Shown here piece after piece: positions 24,201 to 36,012 of a stretch of 64,000 nt of DNA; within the stretch, counting starts at the first letter, position 1; every line of letters starts with the position of its first letter. Position numbers and translations under genes: made by a program. Under the pieces are notes generated by a model. The model was not told the DNA's origin and did no database searches. It saw only the letters and a program-made list of their open reading frames with translations. The DNA lies in NCBI RefSeq assembly GCF_018977255.1, contig NW_024704742.1:64916001-64980000 (forward strand), in the 5' to 3' direction. This DNA is from Callorhinchus milii (lineage: Eukaryota).

Positions 24201-27200
24201 ATAAATATATAAGCCAAATTTATAGTGTAGAAAATTCTGGCTTTTGAAAGTCAAAATGAAAACCTGAAAAGAATGGACAAGTACTTTGGGATTGTTAATG
24301 TAACCTTAATCAGAATTCTTCGAAGGTAAAAGACGTGTAGGCCAGAGACCTTTGATAAGTAAAAGGACTGAGAGCCAAGGAATGAGCTGAGTAACCTCAG
24401 TGACTTGTGCAGTATAATCAGTCATTATAGCCATGAGATCGCCTGAGCCCTGTAGCTCAGTGGTTAGAGCACTCGCTTTGCAAGTGAGAGACCTGAGTTC
24501 AATTCCAGGCAGGTCAGGGCGAAACCTTGGGCAAGTTTCCTTACTCCACACACCTAATAATAATCCCTCCAAAAACCAAAAACAATAATAAATTGGTCAT
24601 TTTCAATCTACGACTGTTTGTGGGACGTTGCTGTGCGCAATTGGCTGCCGCGTTCGCCCACAAATATCCAGTCAATTCACTTTACAGTATATTCTGTGAA
24701 GCGCTTTGGGACGTCCTCCCGACGTGAAAAGCGCTATATCAAATGCAAGGATTATTATTATTATTATTGGTTAATCGTCTTGCACTAACATATGAGATCA
24801 TCTTGATTTAAGTTGCTCAGGTGGGCACTAACAACGATTCTCTTAGGGTAACTTTATATCTACATTGCAGCCAAGAATAACTGGTACCAGACAGGATCCA
24901 ACCTTTCAATTAATTGCTTCCAATTGATGGGATTGTGTGTTCCAGGTGTGTCAGCCTGGCTCAATTGCTAGCACTCTCGCCTCCAAGTCAGATAGTTGTG
25001 GGTTCAAGTCCCATGTCAGGACTTGGAATCACACAGTCGAAGCTGAAACTCCAATGCAGTGCTTGGGGCAGTGGCTTTGTTGGAGGTGCCATTCTTCGGA
25101 TTAGATGTTAAACCGAGGTCCTGTTTGCCTGTTCAGGGGATGTTAAAGATCTCATGACACTATTTGAAAAGAGAAGAGAGTTTCTCCTGTGGTCTGGCCA
25201 ACAATCCTCCAAATAAAATTGGTCACTCACTCCATGGTTATTGGTGGGACACTGCTGTGCACAATTGCCCAGAAATACACAGTCAATCCACTTTACAATA
25301 TATCTTGTGAAGTACTTTGAGACATCTCTATGACATGATAAGTTGCTAGAGAAAATGCAAGGATCAAATGCAAGGATTATTATTATTATTGTCCCCATTG
25401 CACCTCATCCTTGTGTCTGAACAAAGCACTTCAGATCATCTAATGAACAAAACATCCTGTGCATGTTAATCCGATAAAGAAACCAGATACGGCAGTTTAC
25501 ATATCTATTTGCTCCATTTTGTTGCCCATTTTTTCCCTTTGTGAAGAAGAATCTGTACTATAGTACATGCTGAGGGGTCATTGATTCTAACCCCACCCTG
25601 ATTTTGGATTTTTTTTAAAATGAACATTTGAATGGATCCAGCATCCACAGCCTTTTAAGGGACTGAGTTCCAGATTTCCACTACACTTTGAGTGAAAAAC
25701 TGCCTCCTAAATTCACTTCTAAATGGCCTAGCTTTCATTTTAAATGTATGCCCCCTTGTTCTGGATTCCCCCACCAAAGGAGATAGCTTCCCTGTAGCTA
25801 ACCCTATGGAATTCCTTTATCTTTTTAAACAACTGAACCAGATCACCGCTCAATCTTCTAAACTCAAGGGAATGCAGATCAAGTTTCTGCAATCTGTCCT
25901 CGTAATTTAACCCTTTAAGCCCTGGTGTAAGTCTGGTGAATCTGCACTGCAGGCTGAAATCAGCTTGCATTTATATAGCGCTGTTCTAACGCAATAGGGT
26001 CTTGGAGTTAAATCAGCAACCATAGCATCAGCCCACGCCTCATCAGATCTCACTCTCTTTCTCTCTCTCTCTCTCTCAATGTGCCCATATTTGCTCAAAA
26101 CCAGGTCAAGCCAAGTTATTTATATAAATAAAATCTCTATATCCATTTGTCCCACATGTCAGGTGTTGTAACGAGTCGTCCTTTGCTCCAAGATGCTACT
26201 TTGTGTGGAGGCGCTATATAAATGCAGGTTGTTGTTAAAATAATACAATATATAATAATAATCCTTGCATTTGACATAGCGCTTTATCACAAGGTGTCTC
26301 AAAGCGCTTCACCAAATATATTGTTAAGTGAATTGACTGTATATTTTGTGGGTGAACCATGGCAGCCAATTACGCACAGCAGTGTCCCACAAACAGTCGT
26401 GGATTGAGTGACCAAATTATTTTTCTTTTTTTTTGAAGGAATTATTACCTCCGGAAAAGTGATCTGCCAGTTATTGTCATCCTGTGTGCACTGTTATTGT
26501 CATCCTGTGTGCACTTACACTGGCATGATATTCATGACCTCATTTGTAAGTGTAAAGAAGGTGTCAGTCTGATTAGAACTGTTTACAGATTAAATAATTT
26601 TGGGGGGAAGGCGGGGTCTGGGTGGTGACGGAGGTGCTGAAGACATGAAATATCAGCCAATGGGCTCTTCCACAAGAACCACACTTCCTGCTGGAGATGT
26701 TGTCTGTAACCAAACCGAGTCTTGCTATGAGGCGACAGCTGTAACCTTAACAGTTTGGGGCGCACATCAGCATTTCCATCATAACAAAACAACAGGTGTT
26801 AGGGTTTTCTTGAGAATTAAAAATATATTTACGGGAAGGCCGGCCTTTTTTTAAAAAAGTCATTGATGCTGGTGTGGGGGCATGAACAGTGAGGCAGTCC
26901 TGCAGCGTATTGGTTAAAGCACTCGCCTCGCAAGTGAGAGGACCTGGATTCGATTCACAGGCAAGGCAAAACCTCATGCAAGTTTCCTTACTCCACTTGC
27001 CTCTGTTTACCTAGTAGTTAGTAGGAATCCGGTTGTTAGTCAATTGAAAAAAATAAACAATTAAATAATAATTAGTCATTCAATCCATGATTATTTGCGG
27101 GTCACCGCTGTGCGCAGTTGGCTGCCGGGCTTCGCCTACAAACTACACAATCAACTCATTTTACAGTATATTCTGAAGGGCTTTGATATAGGACCTTATC

Positions 27201-28131
27201 ACTTTGTCTCAACGATGTGATAAGGTGCAATATCAAATGCAAGGATTATTATTATTTAAGAAGGTAACAGCTCATCAGGTCCTCTAAGACAAGTATACAT
27301 GCCAACATAGTCAACATATTATCCCCTTGTACCAGCACGAAAGACAGCATTGTACTGCTAGTTAAGTTATTGGGTACTGACCTGTTGTATCCATTCAGGG
27401 AGAAAGCTCCCTGCGGAAACGGTGAGGTGCTGGTTTTGAAGTAGTAAATGCAAGCTTTGTGAATAATGACAAATCGCAACGGCCCTGAAATCAGAATCAA
27501 GAATCAGAGTTAATAATAATACTAATCCTTCCATTTAATAGATCACATTTTTGAGACGTCTCAAAGCTCTTCACAGAATATATTATAAAGTAAATTGACA
27601 GCAAATTGCGCACAGCATAGAAATTTCCAGCAAAGAAGAAGGGCATTTGGCCCACCTGTCTATGCTGGCTCTTTTAAGAGCAAGCCTTTCAGTCCCAGTT
27701 ACCTGCCCTTTCCCCATACCTTGATGGTTACTCTTTTTTTGGGTATGTATCTAATTCCTTTTTGAAAGCTAATATGTATTGTGCCTCAACCCTGCTCTTA
27801 GCAGCGCATTCCATATCCTAACGTTTATTAATTGTGGAAAACTATTATCCAAGATCTAATTTACACATTTCCATAATCTTGACTAATTTTAAAATTCCGA
27901 GACAACAGGACCTTACAGGCTAGGCTACAGCGAGGTGGAAGTTCGAGTCTCTGACCCATTAAGAGACGAATGATAGGCATGTACAAACTTACACTTCATT
28001 ATCTTCCACTGGGAGCCCCCTTTTTTATGCAGGTATCCAGATACTGCCACTCCTCCTGGCATGGTCAGCAGATTCTGAGCCCCAATCGCTCTCATTGGGA
28101 TGGGCCAATACTCATCTATTCTCCCAGCCAT
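3137..28131 (-). CDS. SH3BP2: SH3 domain-binding protein 2 (3BP2), spliced CDS of 12 coding exons, 508 aa
   Basis: join(complement) 27993-28131, 27382-27484, 21857-21974, 21334-21401, 19417-19505, 17375-17410, 15700-16219, 12750-12867, 6564-6619, 5730-5811, 5027-5086, 3137-3274 = 1527 nt. Phases are consistent and all introns are GT-AG. The translation matches recalled vertebrate 3BP2 ([45 protein letters not shown]). Confidence 0.96.
3318..3670 (-). mobile_element. Older long-form SINE (with an extra central segment of about 65 bp)
   Basis: Contains the tctgttta..tagcag.aagtaggaacc..gttgttagttgattggcggatcgctttcc segment that young copies lack. Confidence 0.85.
3930..4902 (-). mobile_element. 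5'-truncated L2 LINE fragment
   Basis: ORF 4331-4909 [22 protein letters not shown]...FDPQLSF; L2 tail at about 3930-3990. Confidence 0.88.
5027..5086 (-). CDS. SH3BP2: SH3BP2 coding exon 11, SH2 (60 nt)
   Basis: [20 protein letters not shown]; tcaag| ... |gtgagt. Confidence 0.95.
5148..5682 (-). mobile_element. Two abutting SINEs (older 5148-5375, short form 5376-5682) filling most of a 643-nt intron
   Basis: Two tails and one head; junction at gggttcctactt|ataataatcc. Confidence 0.85.
5730..5811 (-). CDS. SH3BP2: SH3BP2 coding exon 10, SH2 (82 nt)
   Basis: [27 protein letters not shown]; taaag| ... CAG|gtatga. Confidence 0.94.
6564..6619 (-). CDS. SH3BP2: SH3BP2 coding exon 9, start of SH2 (56 nt)
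   Basis: [18 protein letters not shown](R); tgtag| ... AG|gtaatt. Confidence 0.94.
6781..7547 (+). mobile_element. DeuSINE split by an L2 tail (about 6850-6938) and a young SINE (-, about 7091-7338)
   Basis: The three remaining pieces join colinearly with the 24948-25390 copy. Confidence 0.8.
8470..12597 (+). mobile_element. Near full-length, frameshifted L2-clade LINE (APE endonuclease, RT, (GTT)n tail)
   Basis: APE motifs LQNVCSL...LSLIETW (about 9500-9600); [13 protein letters not shown] (about 11380-11415); [10 protein letters not shown] and [10 protein letters not shown] (11550-11672); LHWLP-like zone; 3' tail at 12540-12597. Interrupted by a SINE at about 9615-9822. The 5' boundary is uncertain. 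Confidence 0.88.
12750..12867 (-). CDS. SH3BP2: SH3BP2 coding exon 8, tankyrase-binding (cherubism) motif exon (118 nt)
   Basis: [39 protein letters not shown]; resembles human RSPPDGQSFR...DEDYEK; tccag| ... |gtaaat. Confidence 0.94.
12909..13197 (+). mobile_element. Second copy of the same Tc1/mariner MITE
   Basis: cagggtgtccacaaagtc TIR; internal sequence matches the reverse complement of 51715-52045. Confidence 0.78.
14135..14780 (-). mobile_element. Old CR1 3' relic interrupted by a SINE fragment (about 14390-14546)
   Basis: cctccccttaaccttctctgctccaaggagaacaatcccagc (reverse of [13 protein letters not shown]); CR1-type 3' UTR near 14140-14330. Confidence 0.65.
15700..16219 (-). CDS. 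SH3BP2: SH3BP2 coding exon 7, proline-rich region (520 nt)
   Basis: Lies within ORF 15696-16265; contains RRMS and PP.P.NKPKF motifs of 3BP2; tttag| ... CA|gtaagt. Confidence 0.93.
16793..17223 (+). mobile_element. CR1 LINE 3' end
   Basis: [12 protein letters not shown]...RGNLIETY...TRGH...[13 protein letters not shown] (CR1 ORF2 C-terminus); 3' UTR ending tcttatgttctta. Confidence 0.9.
17375..17410 (-). CDS. SH3BP2: SH3BP2 coding exon 6, 36-nt micro-exon with two acidic tyrosine motifs
   Basis: (D)[11 protein letters not shown]; resembles human DYEHDDEDDSYLEPD; tttcag| ... G|gtagga; phase 1-1; too short for the ORF track. Confidence 0.9.
17785..18215 (-). mobile_element. DeuSINE copy
   Basis: gccatgggatctttaacatccacctgaacagg core on +; head near 18160-18215. 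Confidence 0.72.
19417..19505 (-). CDS. SH3BP2: SH3BP2 coding exon 5 (89 nt)
   Basis: [29 protein letters not shown]; resembles human DSSSDTDSFYGAVERPV; tccag| ... |gtagga. Confidence 0.92.
21110..21148 (-). mobile_element. hAT-like transposon terminus
   Basis: Minus strand reads cagggtgacccaactggtggcccgcggaccgcatcc, resembling hAT (Charlie/Ac-type) ends; the partner end was not found. Confidence 0.4.
21334..21401 (-). CDS. SH3BP2: SH3BP2 coding exon 4, end of PH domain (68 nt)
   Basis: [22 protein letters not shown](S); ttcag| ... AG|gtacct; phase 0 to 2 fits the neighbouring exons. Confidence 0.9.
21857..21974 (-). CDS. SH3BP2: SH3BP2 coding exon 3, PH domain (118 nt)
   Basis: [39 protein letters not shown]; ctcag| ... 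|gtgagg. Confidence 0.96.
22508..22600 (+). repeat. Degenerate minisatellite, about 5 units of 17-22 bp (gggg..caagtaagag)
   Basis: caagta recurs five times, each time after a G run. Confidence 0.7.
23235..23568 (-). mobile_element. Older long-form SINE
   Basis: Head, central segment and tail present but diverged. Confidence 0.82.
24445..24768 (+). mobile_element. Young full-length SINE copy
   Basis: Near-identical to 48941-49267. Confidence 0.9.
24948..25390 (+). mobile_element. Deu-domain-type SINE (DeuSINE superfamily), near full length
   Basis: tRNA-like head; core ttggaggtgcc..tcggattagatgttaaaccgaggtcctg...taaagatctcatgacactattt, matching the Deu domain as I recall it; L2-type tail. 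Confidence 0.75.
25622..25952 (-). mobile_element. CR1 ORF2 C-terminal fragment
   Basis: [35 protein letters not shown]. Confidence 0.82.
26470..26515 (+). repeat. 2 x 23-bp tandem duplication
   Basis: gttattgtcatcctgtgtgcact x2. Confidence 0.85.
26893..27254 (+). mobile_element. Older long-form SINE
   Basis: Head gtcctgcagcgtattggttaaagcactcgcc through to the tail. Confidence 0.82.
27382..27484 (-). CDS. SH3BP2: SH3BP2 coding exon 2, PH domain (103 nt)
   Basis: (W)[33 protein letters not shown](R); ttcag| ... |gtcagt. Confidence 0.96.
27993..28131 (-). CDS. SH3BP2: SH3BP2 first coding exon, start of PH domain (exon begins at 28135 with 4 nt before the ATG)
   Basis: [46 protein letters not shown]; acceptor tacag|TGAAATG; donor T|gtaagt. 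Confidence 0.95.
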
Positions 28132-28954
28132 TTCACTGTAATGACAAAGGACAAACATGTCAGTGGTTAATTCAACTGCAACATTTTTTTTGGTCAGCCA
28201 GGTGTCTGACTTATGCAGAAACCTATCACCATGCTTAAGAGTATCCAAACCAAATTGAAAATGTCATGCATCCCAACTACACTTGGAAATCCCAGAAATA
28301 GATTGTTGGAATGGAATGTGCACTCTCTCCCTGGTGGGATCCTGCTTACCTAATTCCAGAAAGTATTAGACCGGAATTAGGTAACTAGATCCTCCTGGCC
28401 TGCTCAATGACTGAACTATTTGTGGGACGTTTGCACTGTGTGCCATTTGGTTGCTGTGTTTGTTTTACAAATATACAGTCACTACACTTCACAGTAAATC
28501 CTGTGAAGCACTTTGAGTCGTTTCATCAACGTGATAAAGCACTATATCAAACAAAAGGATGAACAATGTTTAAATTCAGTTGTAATTTGGAAGCCAGTTA
28601 CCGCTTTACTAGAACCAAATGGTTTCACCCATAGGCCTCTTGGCTATGTGGCTCTAGATTATCCCATCTGGTTATATATTTCATATGACTGGCAAACCCA
28701 GAAGGAATACACAGAACTGCCCCTTGGCCTAATGGATATTCTGGAAGGATGTGGTCAAGTTGGGTGAAAGGCCTTCTTCATTCTTGCCTTTCTCTGATCC
28801 AGGTCAAGATCCTCAATATCCTAAAAATCATGTCACCAGCATGTTTAACAAAAAGCTTGTTGCAAATATTATGGTGAAATGGGCTGGAAAGTGAAACCAT
28901 TCTCCAGAGGTTGCAAGAGTGTTCAACCCAAACCGGTATAATTAAGAAATAAGG

Positions 28955-29490
28955 ATAATCCCTCAAAACAAACCAATAATAAATTGGTCACTTCAATCTA
29001 TGACTGTTTGTGGGACACTGCTGTGCGCAATTGGTTGCCTCGTTTCGCCCACAAATATACAGTCAATTCACTTTACAGTATATTCTGTGAAGCGCTTTGA
29101 GACGTCTAGAAGATGTGAAAAGCGCCATATTAAATGCAAGGATTATTATTGCATTTGATCTTGTGCCTTATCACATCATTGAGACGTCTCAAAGTGCTTC
29201 ACAGAATATATTCTGTGACTTGACTATTTTTTGTGCGAAACGCGGCAGCCAATTGCACACCTTAGTGTCCCATAAATAGTGGTGGATTGAGTGACCAAAT
29301 TATTGTTTTTTTTCTAATATGAAGGGATTATTACCCCCCCAAAAGCAATCCGCCAATCAACTAACAACCAGGATCCTACAAACTGCTTTGTAAACAAAGG
29401 CGTGTGGAGTAAGGAAACATGCCTAAGGTTTTACTCCGCCCGGGAACGGAACCCAGATCCTCTCGCTTGCAAGGCAAGTGCTCTAACACC
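28955..29490. mobile_element. Tail-to-tail SINE pair (+ 28955-29150; - about 29145-29490)
   Basis: Two opposing tails meet at ggattattatt|gcatttgat. Confidence 0.8.
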
Positions 29491-31167
29491 CCAAGAATCC
29501 ACGTACCATGTGATAACTGTCACCCAGAATTATTACATCACATACCACAAATTCCCCCTCACCCAATTGCAAAGAAAGTTTTCACGTTTTGAGGAGAGAA
29601 TATTTGGATTTGTTATTCAAGGAAAACCAATGCTTGGCAAGCTTGCTGTTCTGGTCTCTCACTGGGAAGATAAAATATGAAGATAATGGAACAACATGTT
29701 TATCCTCAGGATTTCAGCACAGCTGTTTATGGACTTTCTCAGTTCCTCTGCTCTAAAAACAGGAAATAGCCACCGTCAATACATCCAGCATTTTTAATCA
29801 ACTCTTATGTACTTTTTCCAATTGGTCCCAAACCAACATTTGAGATTATGTTAATGTTTGAAATGAATACACATCACTGCAGAAGGCATGTTGAACAGTG
29901 CACAGCATGTGCTCAAAAGTCTTTGGCTGCAGTGCAAAATTTACACATCATTTTGTGCAGTGGTGGCATTGAGCAAGCTGTGGTCTCTCAAACAGTTCCG
30001 TACATGTTTTTTCTGGTAACCTCTGCTTAATCATGCAGGGGTTATTACTCCACACAGAACATGCTGCATTGGAATTATATTCAAACGAACAGAAATATTT
30101 TTAACACGGAGAATTGTAATCTTTCTTTCCTTCTTCCCCACACGCCCTCAAATTCTATTTCACAAAACAAAATGGTCGGGTTCAGCCATTTTGGTCTGTT
30201 TCAGTCATAATGGGATAGGACATAAATGCGGTGCTGTTTGCGGAAGGAAACTAGAAGTTGTTGTCTAATAGTTTTTTTTAGTCAGGCATGTGTCTGACAA
30301 ATGTGGAAACCCATCCCCATGCTTAAGAGTATCCAAACCAAGCTGAGAATTCCATGCATCCCATCTACACATGGAAATCCCAGAGATAGATTGTTGGAAT
30401 GGAATGTGCACTCTCCCTCTGGAGGGTTTGTATCCTGTTTACCTAATTCCGGAAAGTATTAGGTGCAGGTTGGCAAGAGCCAAGGCTTGGAGACCCCAGA
30501 GTGTGTGTTGAGATACTGCTAGAATCCAACCAGCCAAAACCCCATAGCTTGCCATTGATAGCACTGTCTGGCGAGCTTACCTGGCTCAAGCCTACACAAT
30601 GGGAGCAAAATGGAGAAAATGAATGGTGTATAAGCTAAGGGAATTCAATCTGTTCTGATTGAGAAGATAGATTTCTTTTTCTTTAAATGACGAAAATCAA
30701 AAGGGCAACAATTGGTGGTTCATTCAGCTGCACGAGCAGTTAATGACGAGTTGGAATTCTAAACTAATGAAACTTTGAACTACATGTAAGATAAGGCTAC
30801 CTCTCACATAGAGCCATAATAAGAGTGGATTTGGTTGCAACGTTCAAAAGTAGATATTTATTGAAATCATAGAGATTACAGCAAGGCCATTCGGCTGATC
30901 AAGCATAAACAGTACATCCACTGAAACCAACTACTCCCAATTCCTAGCGTTTTCCCTGTGCCTTTTATTCTCTTTTCAAATGTCTGGCTAATTCCTTTTA
31001 ATATGTTATTATGGTCTCAATGTCAATCAACTCATGGGAAAGTATTCCAAGATCTGACCGTCCTCTGTTTGAAAAAGTTTCTTCTAATGTTCTTCTATTC
31101 CCAATTTTCTAGGCAGGAGGAATGATTCACCTCTCAAAACCTTTCAAAATGTTTTGAAACCTTTCAA

Positions 31168-31548
31168 CATAGAAACCTATAAGATTCTTAAGGGTCTTGA
31201 CAGGGTAGATATTGTGAGACTGTTTCCCTTGTTTGGAGAATCTAAAACTAGAGGTCATCGTCTCAGGATTAAAAGTCAGCCCTTTAGAACTGATTTGAGA
31301 CATCATTTCTTCACTCAGAGGGGAGTGAATTTATGGAAGTCTCTACCCCAGAAGGCTGTGGATGCTCAGTCATTGAACATATTCAAGACTGAGATCAATA
31401 GATTTTTATAAACTAAAGGAATTAAGGGATATGGCAATAGGGCGGGTAAATGGAATTAGGTTACTAGATCAGCCATGATCTTATTAAATGGCGGGGCAGG
31501 CTCGAGAGGCTGAATAGCCTACTCCTGCTCCTATTTCTTATGTTCTTA
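31168..31548 (+). mobile_element. CR1 LINE 3' end (same subfamily as 16793), nested in an older minus-strand CR1 relic (about 30865-31850)
   Basis: IETYKILKGLDRV...TRGHRL...FFTQRGVNLWKSLP; same tail. Confidence 0.9.
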
Positions 31549-31630
31549 AAATTTTGAAGACCCTCTAGTAGATCTCTTCTTAACCTGCTCTGAAACAAAA
31601 ACAGACCCAATTCTTCAACCTTCATAAGTA

Positions 31631-31724
31631 CAGGGTGACCAAATAGTTATGATTCCATTACAAAATCAAAATAAAATTTTTTTTAGTTAATAAGACTGAA
31701 AAATAAGACTTTTTGGTAACCCTG
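31631..31724. mobile_element. 94-bp TA-flanked mini-MITE with related CAGGGT termini
   Basis: TA|cagggtgaccaaa ... tttggtaaccctg|TA. Confidence 0.7.
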
Positions 31725-32879
31725 TATAACTCTGGTTACCTTTTATCATTTCTTTGAACTTTTGCTGCACCCTTTCGATTGCTCACGCTCCTCTATTGTG
31801 GGTCACCCAGAACTGAATACAATAATCCAACTGAGGTCTAATTAAAATGAATTTAACTTTTGCATCCCAAACCATGGTTCTTGCCAATCTGCGATCAGGT
31901 TAGCAGGGTGCATCCCTCCAAGAAGGGCTTCATGCCAGAAAAAAGAGAAATTTTCATATGTGAAACTGTCATTAGTTTGGTTTGGAGACTCTTAAGAATA
32001 GTGATGGGTGTTAGGCACCCGGCTTCCAAAACAAACAAGGAATGTCTCTCTGCTGTAATGGGAAGATGGTAGGATCGATATTTGGAAGATTAAGATCACG
32101 TACGTCAAAGGGAATATTCCATCCCAAATCCACGCATTTTTGTGAATCACAGAACACAGACCCAAGCCCCATGAACCTGTGATATAATATATTATGTGAA
32201 TTAATATATTAAATGTATTAATATACTAAATATTAATAGAATATATGATATACTGTATATATAGTAATATGATATATACTACATTTCGAAAACAAAATAC
32301 AGTCAATCCACTTTACAGTATATTCTGTGAGGCGCTTTGAGACATCTCAATGATGTGATAAGGCGCTATATCAAATACAAGGAATATTATTATATAATCT
32401 CAAGGGCAACCCTTGAGCAAGTTGGCAAAACGTGAGTAACCAATCTGTTCTAAATCAATCAGCTATTGGGCTGTTTGGTTCTTGTAAACAGAAAATAAGC
32501 AACACATTTCGAATTCCAGACATGGAAACATTTGAATGAGTGTGAGCAAACTCACAGAATGGATGCACAATGTCTCAAACAATCTGCAGACATTCCCAAA
32601 CTGGTTCATCAAATAGAGAGAGAAAATGCATTAACAGTAATAATAAACTATGTTGCAATAGGACGTTATTATCCGTTATTATCAAGATGGAATAAGATTC
32701 CTCCCTCCAGTTATCCATGGTTCAAATTAACTTCTTCGGCTACAAATCCCTCCGTTCACTTTCCAAACTTAAATTAATCAGCACCATCATCATGGAACGC
32801 TACCTGATGTTCAGCACATGCCAATGCCTGATACTCTCTGTGCATAATGAGTACCTTGATGTACCGCCAGCAGTACATC

Positions 32880-33791
32880 TGCACAAACGGCTTCTCCTCC
32901 CGCTCTCACCTGGTTACCTGCCTGTCAGATCTCAGGGGCTGGATGAGTGCAAACTTCCTTCAGCTGAATGTTGACAGGACTGAAGCCATACTCTTTGGCT
33001 GTCGTCAACGTCTAAAATCTCACGGTTCTCACTTCCTCCACCGACCCGACCTCCCCCTAAAACTCTCCGAACCCGTACGCAACCTAGGCGTCAGGTTCGA
33101 CCCCCAATTATCCTTCCTCCCCCACATCCGGTCCCTCACCAGCACCGCCTTCTTCCACCTCCGATGCATCGCCCGTCTCCGCCAATACTGCTCCCCAAAG
33201 GTCGCTGAAACCCTGGTCCATGCCTTTGTCACCTCTCCGCTGGACTACTCTAATGCCCTCCTCGCCAGTCTCCCATCCACTACCATCCATAAAAGCCATA
33301 TCATTCAAAACTCTGCCGCCCGCATTCTCACCCGCACAAAACTCCGCTCCCCGATCACCCCAGTCCGTGCCAGACTGCACTGGCTGCCTATCCCAGAGAG
33401 GATCGATTTCAAGATCCTCACCTTTGTATTCAAGTCCCTGCACTCCTCTGCACCCCCCTACCTCTCTGACCTCCTCTCTCCTCAAAACAGTACCTGTTGC
33501 CTTCGTTCCTCCGGGTCTGGCCTCCTCCTCGTCCAATGAGTCCTCCGCTCCACCCGTGGCAGCCGTGCCTTCAGCCACTATGCCCCGAGGATCTGGAACT
33601 GCCTTCCTCACTCCCTTCGTCTCGCTCCCTCCCTTCCCATTTTCAGGTCTCTGCTGAAGACCTTTCTTTTCGACCGCGCCTTTGGTCACCTTCCTCCCCC
33701 TCTCCCTGGCTCGGTCCCGGGATCTGTTACTTTAAAGCACTCTGAGACACCGTCCGTCGTAGAGGGCGCTATATAATTCTAAGTTGTTGTT
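32880..33791 (+). mobile_element. 5'-truncated L2 LINE (second subfamily), relatively intact ORF2 C-terminus
   Basis: ORF 32847-33539 WMSANFLQLN...VRNLGVRFDPQLSF...LHWLPIPERIDFK; tail ending gttgttgttg. Confidence 0.9.
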
Positions 33792-35694
33792 GAAATCGGA
33801 GTCACCGTTTCTACAACCCCTGTCCAGTCCTTGATCTAACACTATCTTGTCATTAACTTCCTCTTGTTGCTGTTGCTCTAAGTCACTCAACTCACTACTC
33901 TGTCTGCATTTAGCGTTCCTGGCTTCCACATTTCTAGGGACCCCTCCCTCCTCTGTGCAATAGCCCTATCGGGGTCTTTCCAGTCTTGCCTTTTCTAATG
34001 ACATAAATGCACTCTCACAAGCCTGATGCAGCTTTCCAAATATTGTCTTAAAAAAAGAGATGTAATTCTGGTGGTTGTATATAGCACCAGATAAATTAGG
34101 TTTCATTTTTGCTTGGCAACTCTACGTCAAACAATTTTCTCTCTTTCCTGAAAATGATGTACACTCTTCTTCCCCCCTCCCTCCCTCCATTTTACTGGGT
34201 GCCCTCCAATATCTCTTCTAAATAGGTTACAGGGACTAAGAGTCTGTTTTTCAGCAGCTTGGGATGTCCTCCCGACATGAAAGGTACTATATAAATGCAA
34301 TTTATTATTTTAATTTGAAATGTAGACGAATGTGCCTGAGGCAGACAAACTCTCTTCCCCTCCCAATGCTGAAATCCAGCTGCCCCTCCAATTTAGGGAT
34401 TCTCGGACACGTGCATTGAAGTGGCCAATTTATTATATTATTCTTTTTTTTGAAGGAATTATTACCCCTGAAAAAGCAATCCGCCAATTGACTAACAACC
34501 AGGTTCCTACTTACTGCTAGGTAAGTATAGGCGTGTGGAGCAAGGAAACTTGCCCAACATTTCGCCCTGCCCGGGTATCAAATCCAAGTCTCTCGTTTGC
34601 AAGACGAGTGCTCTAATCACTGAGCTACAGGATTCCACAGAAGCTGGTGTGACTATACTCTCACTCTCTCAGCATCTCTGTCTCTTTCATACATTCTCTC
34701 TCACACATTCCCTCTCAGTGTCTCTCTCTTACACCCTCTGCATCTCTCTCACTCACACTCTCTCACATACTCTTGAGATTATTTATTATCATACCAGATT
34801 CTGACCATTGGCCAAGGTAATGGAGGAGTGAGGAGGGGAGGGGCAACTAGCTGGGAAGTGGGGGAGTTCAGCACCCCTATTATAAACATTGTTTCAGTCC
34901 CAATGGTCAAGCGAGCTGCTCAGATTCAGTTTAGGGGGGTGTGGCGGGGAGGAAGAGGGTGTTTGAGTAATTGTTATGAAGAAAAAGAAGGAAACACTGG
35001 CAGAAAAAAAAAGTCTCCAGGTAAAGTAAAAACACTATGTGGTTCCTCCACGGTTCCAGGACATACTGGGGTAGTTTCTTAAAAATTCCAAGGTCCGATT
35101 AAAGGTTAAATTTTGTTTCACAAAATAAAAACATTCAAAACTAGGCTGAATCATTGTTGCATAGAATCACACGTCATCTCCGGAGATCTCAGGTTACAAG
35201 GAAACCTACCTCAGTCACAAGGAAGAGTCTTACAGTGTCAGTCTGAATAACCCTGCAAGTTAAACCCTAACAGTGGTCCTGGCTGGACAAGCTGTGGGAA
35301 AGCTTCCCATGCAGTGCTCTAATGGTAAACTATGTGGCTTTAGCTGATTGGACTCCAGCACACTCTGGGGTCCCCAAGCCTTGGCTCCTGCCAACCTTTC
35401 TGGAATTAGGTAAACAGGATGTGTCCCTCCAGGGAGAAAGTGCACATTCCATTCCAACAATCATCTCTGGGATTTCCATGTGTAGATGGAATGCATGGAA
35501 TTCTCAGTTGGAAATCTCTTTCGTCAATCCTGTGATCTTGTGGGTGGTGGGGGGGAATAACAAGTAGGGTGGATGGATAGGGCATGGCAGTGGGATCGAG
35601 AGAACAACTTGCTCTGAAGCCATTGCAGGCTCGATGGTCTGAATGACCTCCTTCTGTGTTGTAAATTTCTATGATTCAAATGAGTTTTGATGGA

Positions 35695-36012
35695 TAATAA
35701 TAATAATAATAATAATAATAATCCTTGCATTTGATATAGCGCTTTTCACGTCTTCTAGACGTCCCAAAGCGCTTCACAGAATATACTGTAAAGTGAATTG
35801 ACTGTATATTTGTGGGCGAATGCGGCAGCCAATTGCGCACAGCAGTGTCCACAAACAGTCATGGATTGAAAATGACCAATTTATTATTGTTTTTTTTGCG
35901 AGGGATTATTATTAGGCGTGTGGAGTAAGGAAACTTGCCCAAGGTTTCGCCCTGTCTGGAATTGAACTTAGGTCTCTCACTTGCAAAGCGAGTGCTCTAA
36001 CCACTGAGCTAC
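35695..36012 (-). mobile_element. Young SINE copy (TAGAA-loop tail)
   Basis: Same short body; long (TAA)n on +. Confidence 0.9.

Noticed and set aside
28136..28248. N-terminal extension of SH3BP2 suggested by ORF 27925-28248
   Set aside because: It lies upstream of a good acceptor at 28136 and overlaps a repeat copy, so it is intronic read-through.
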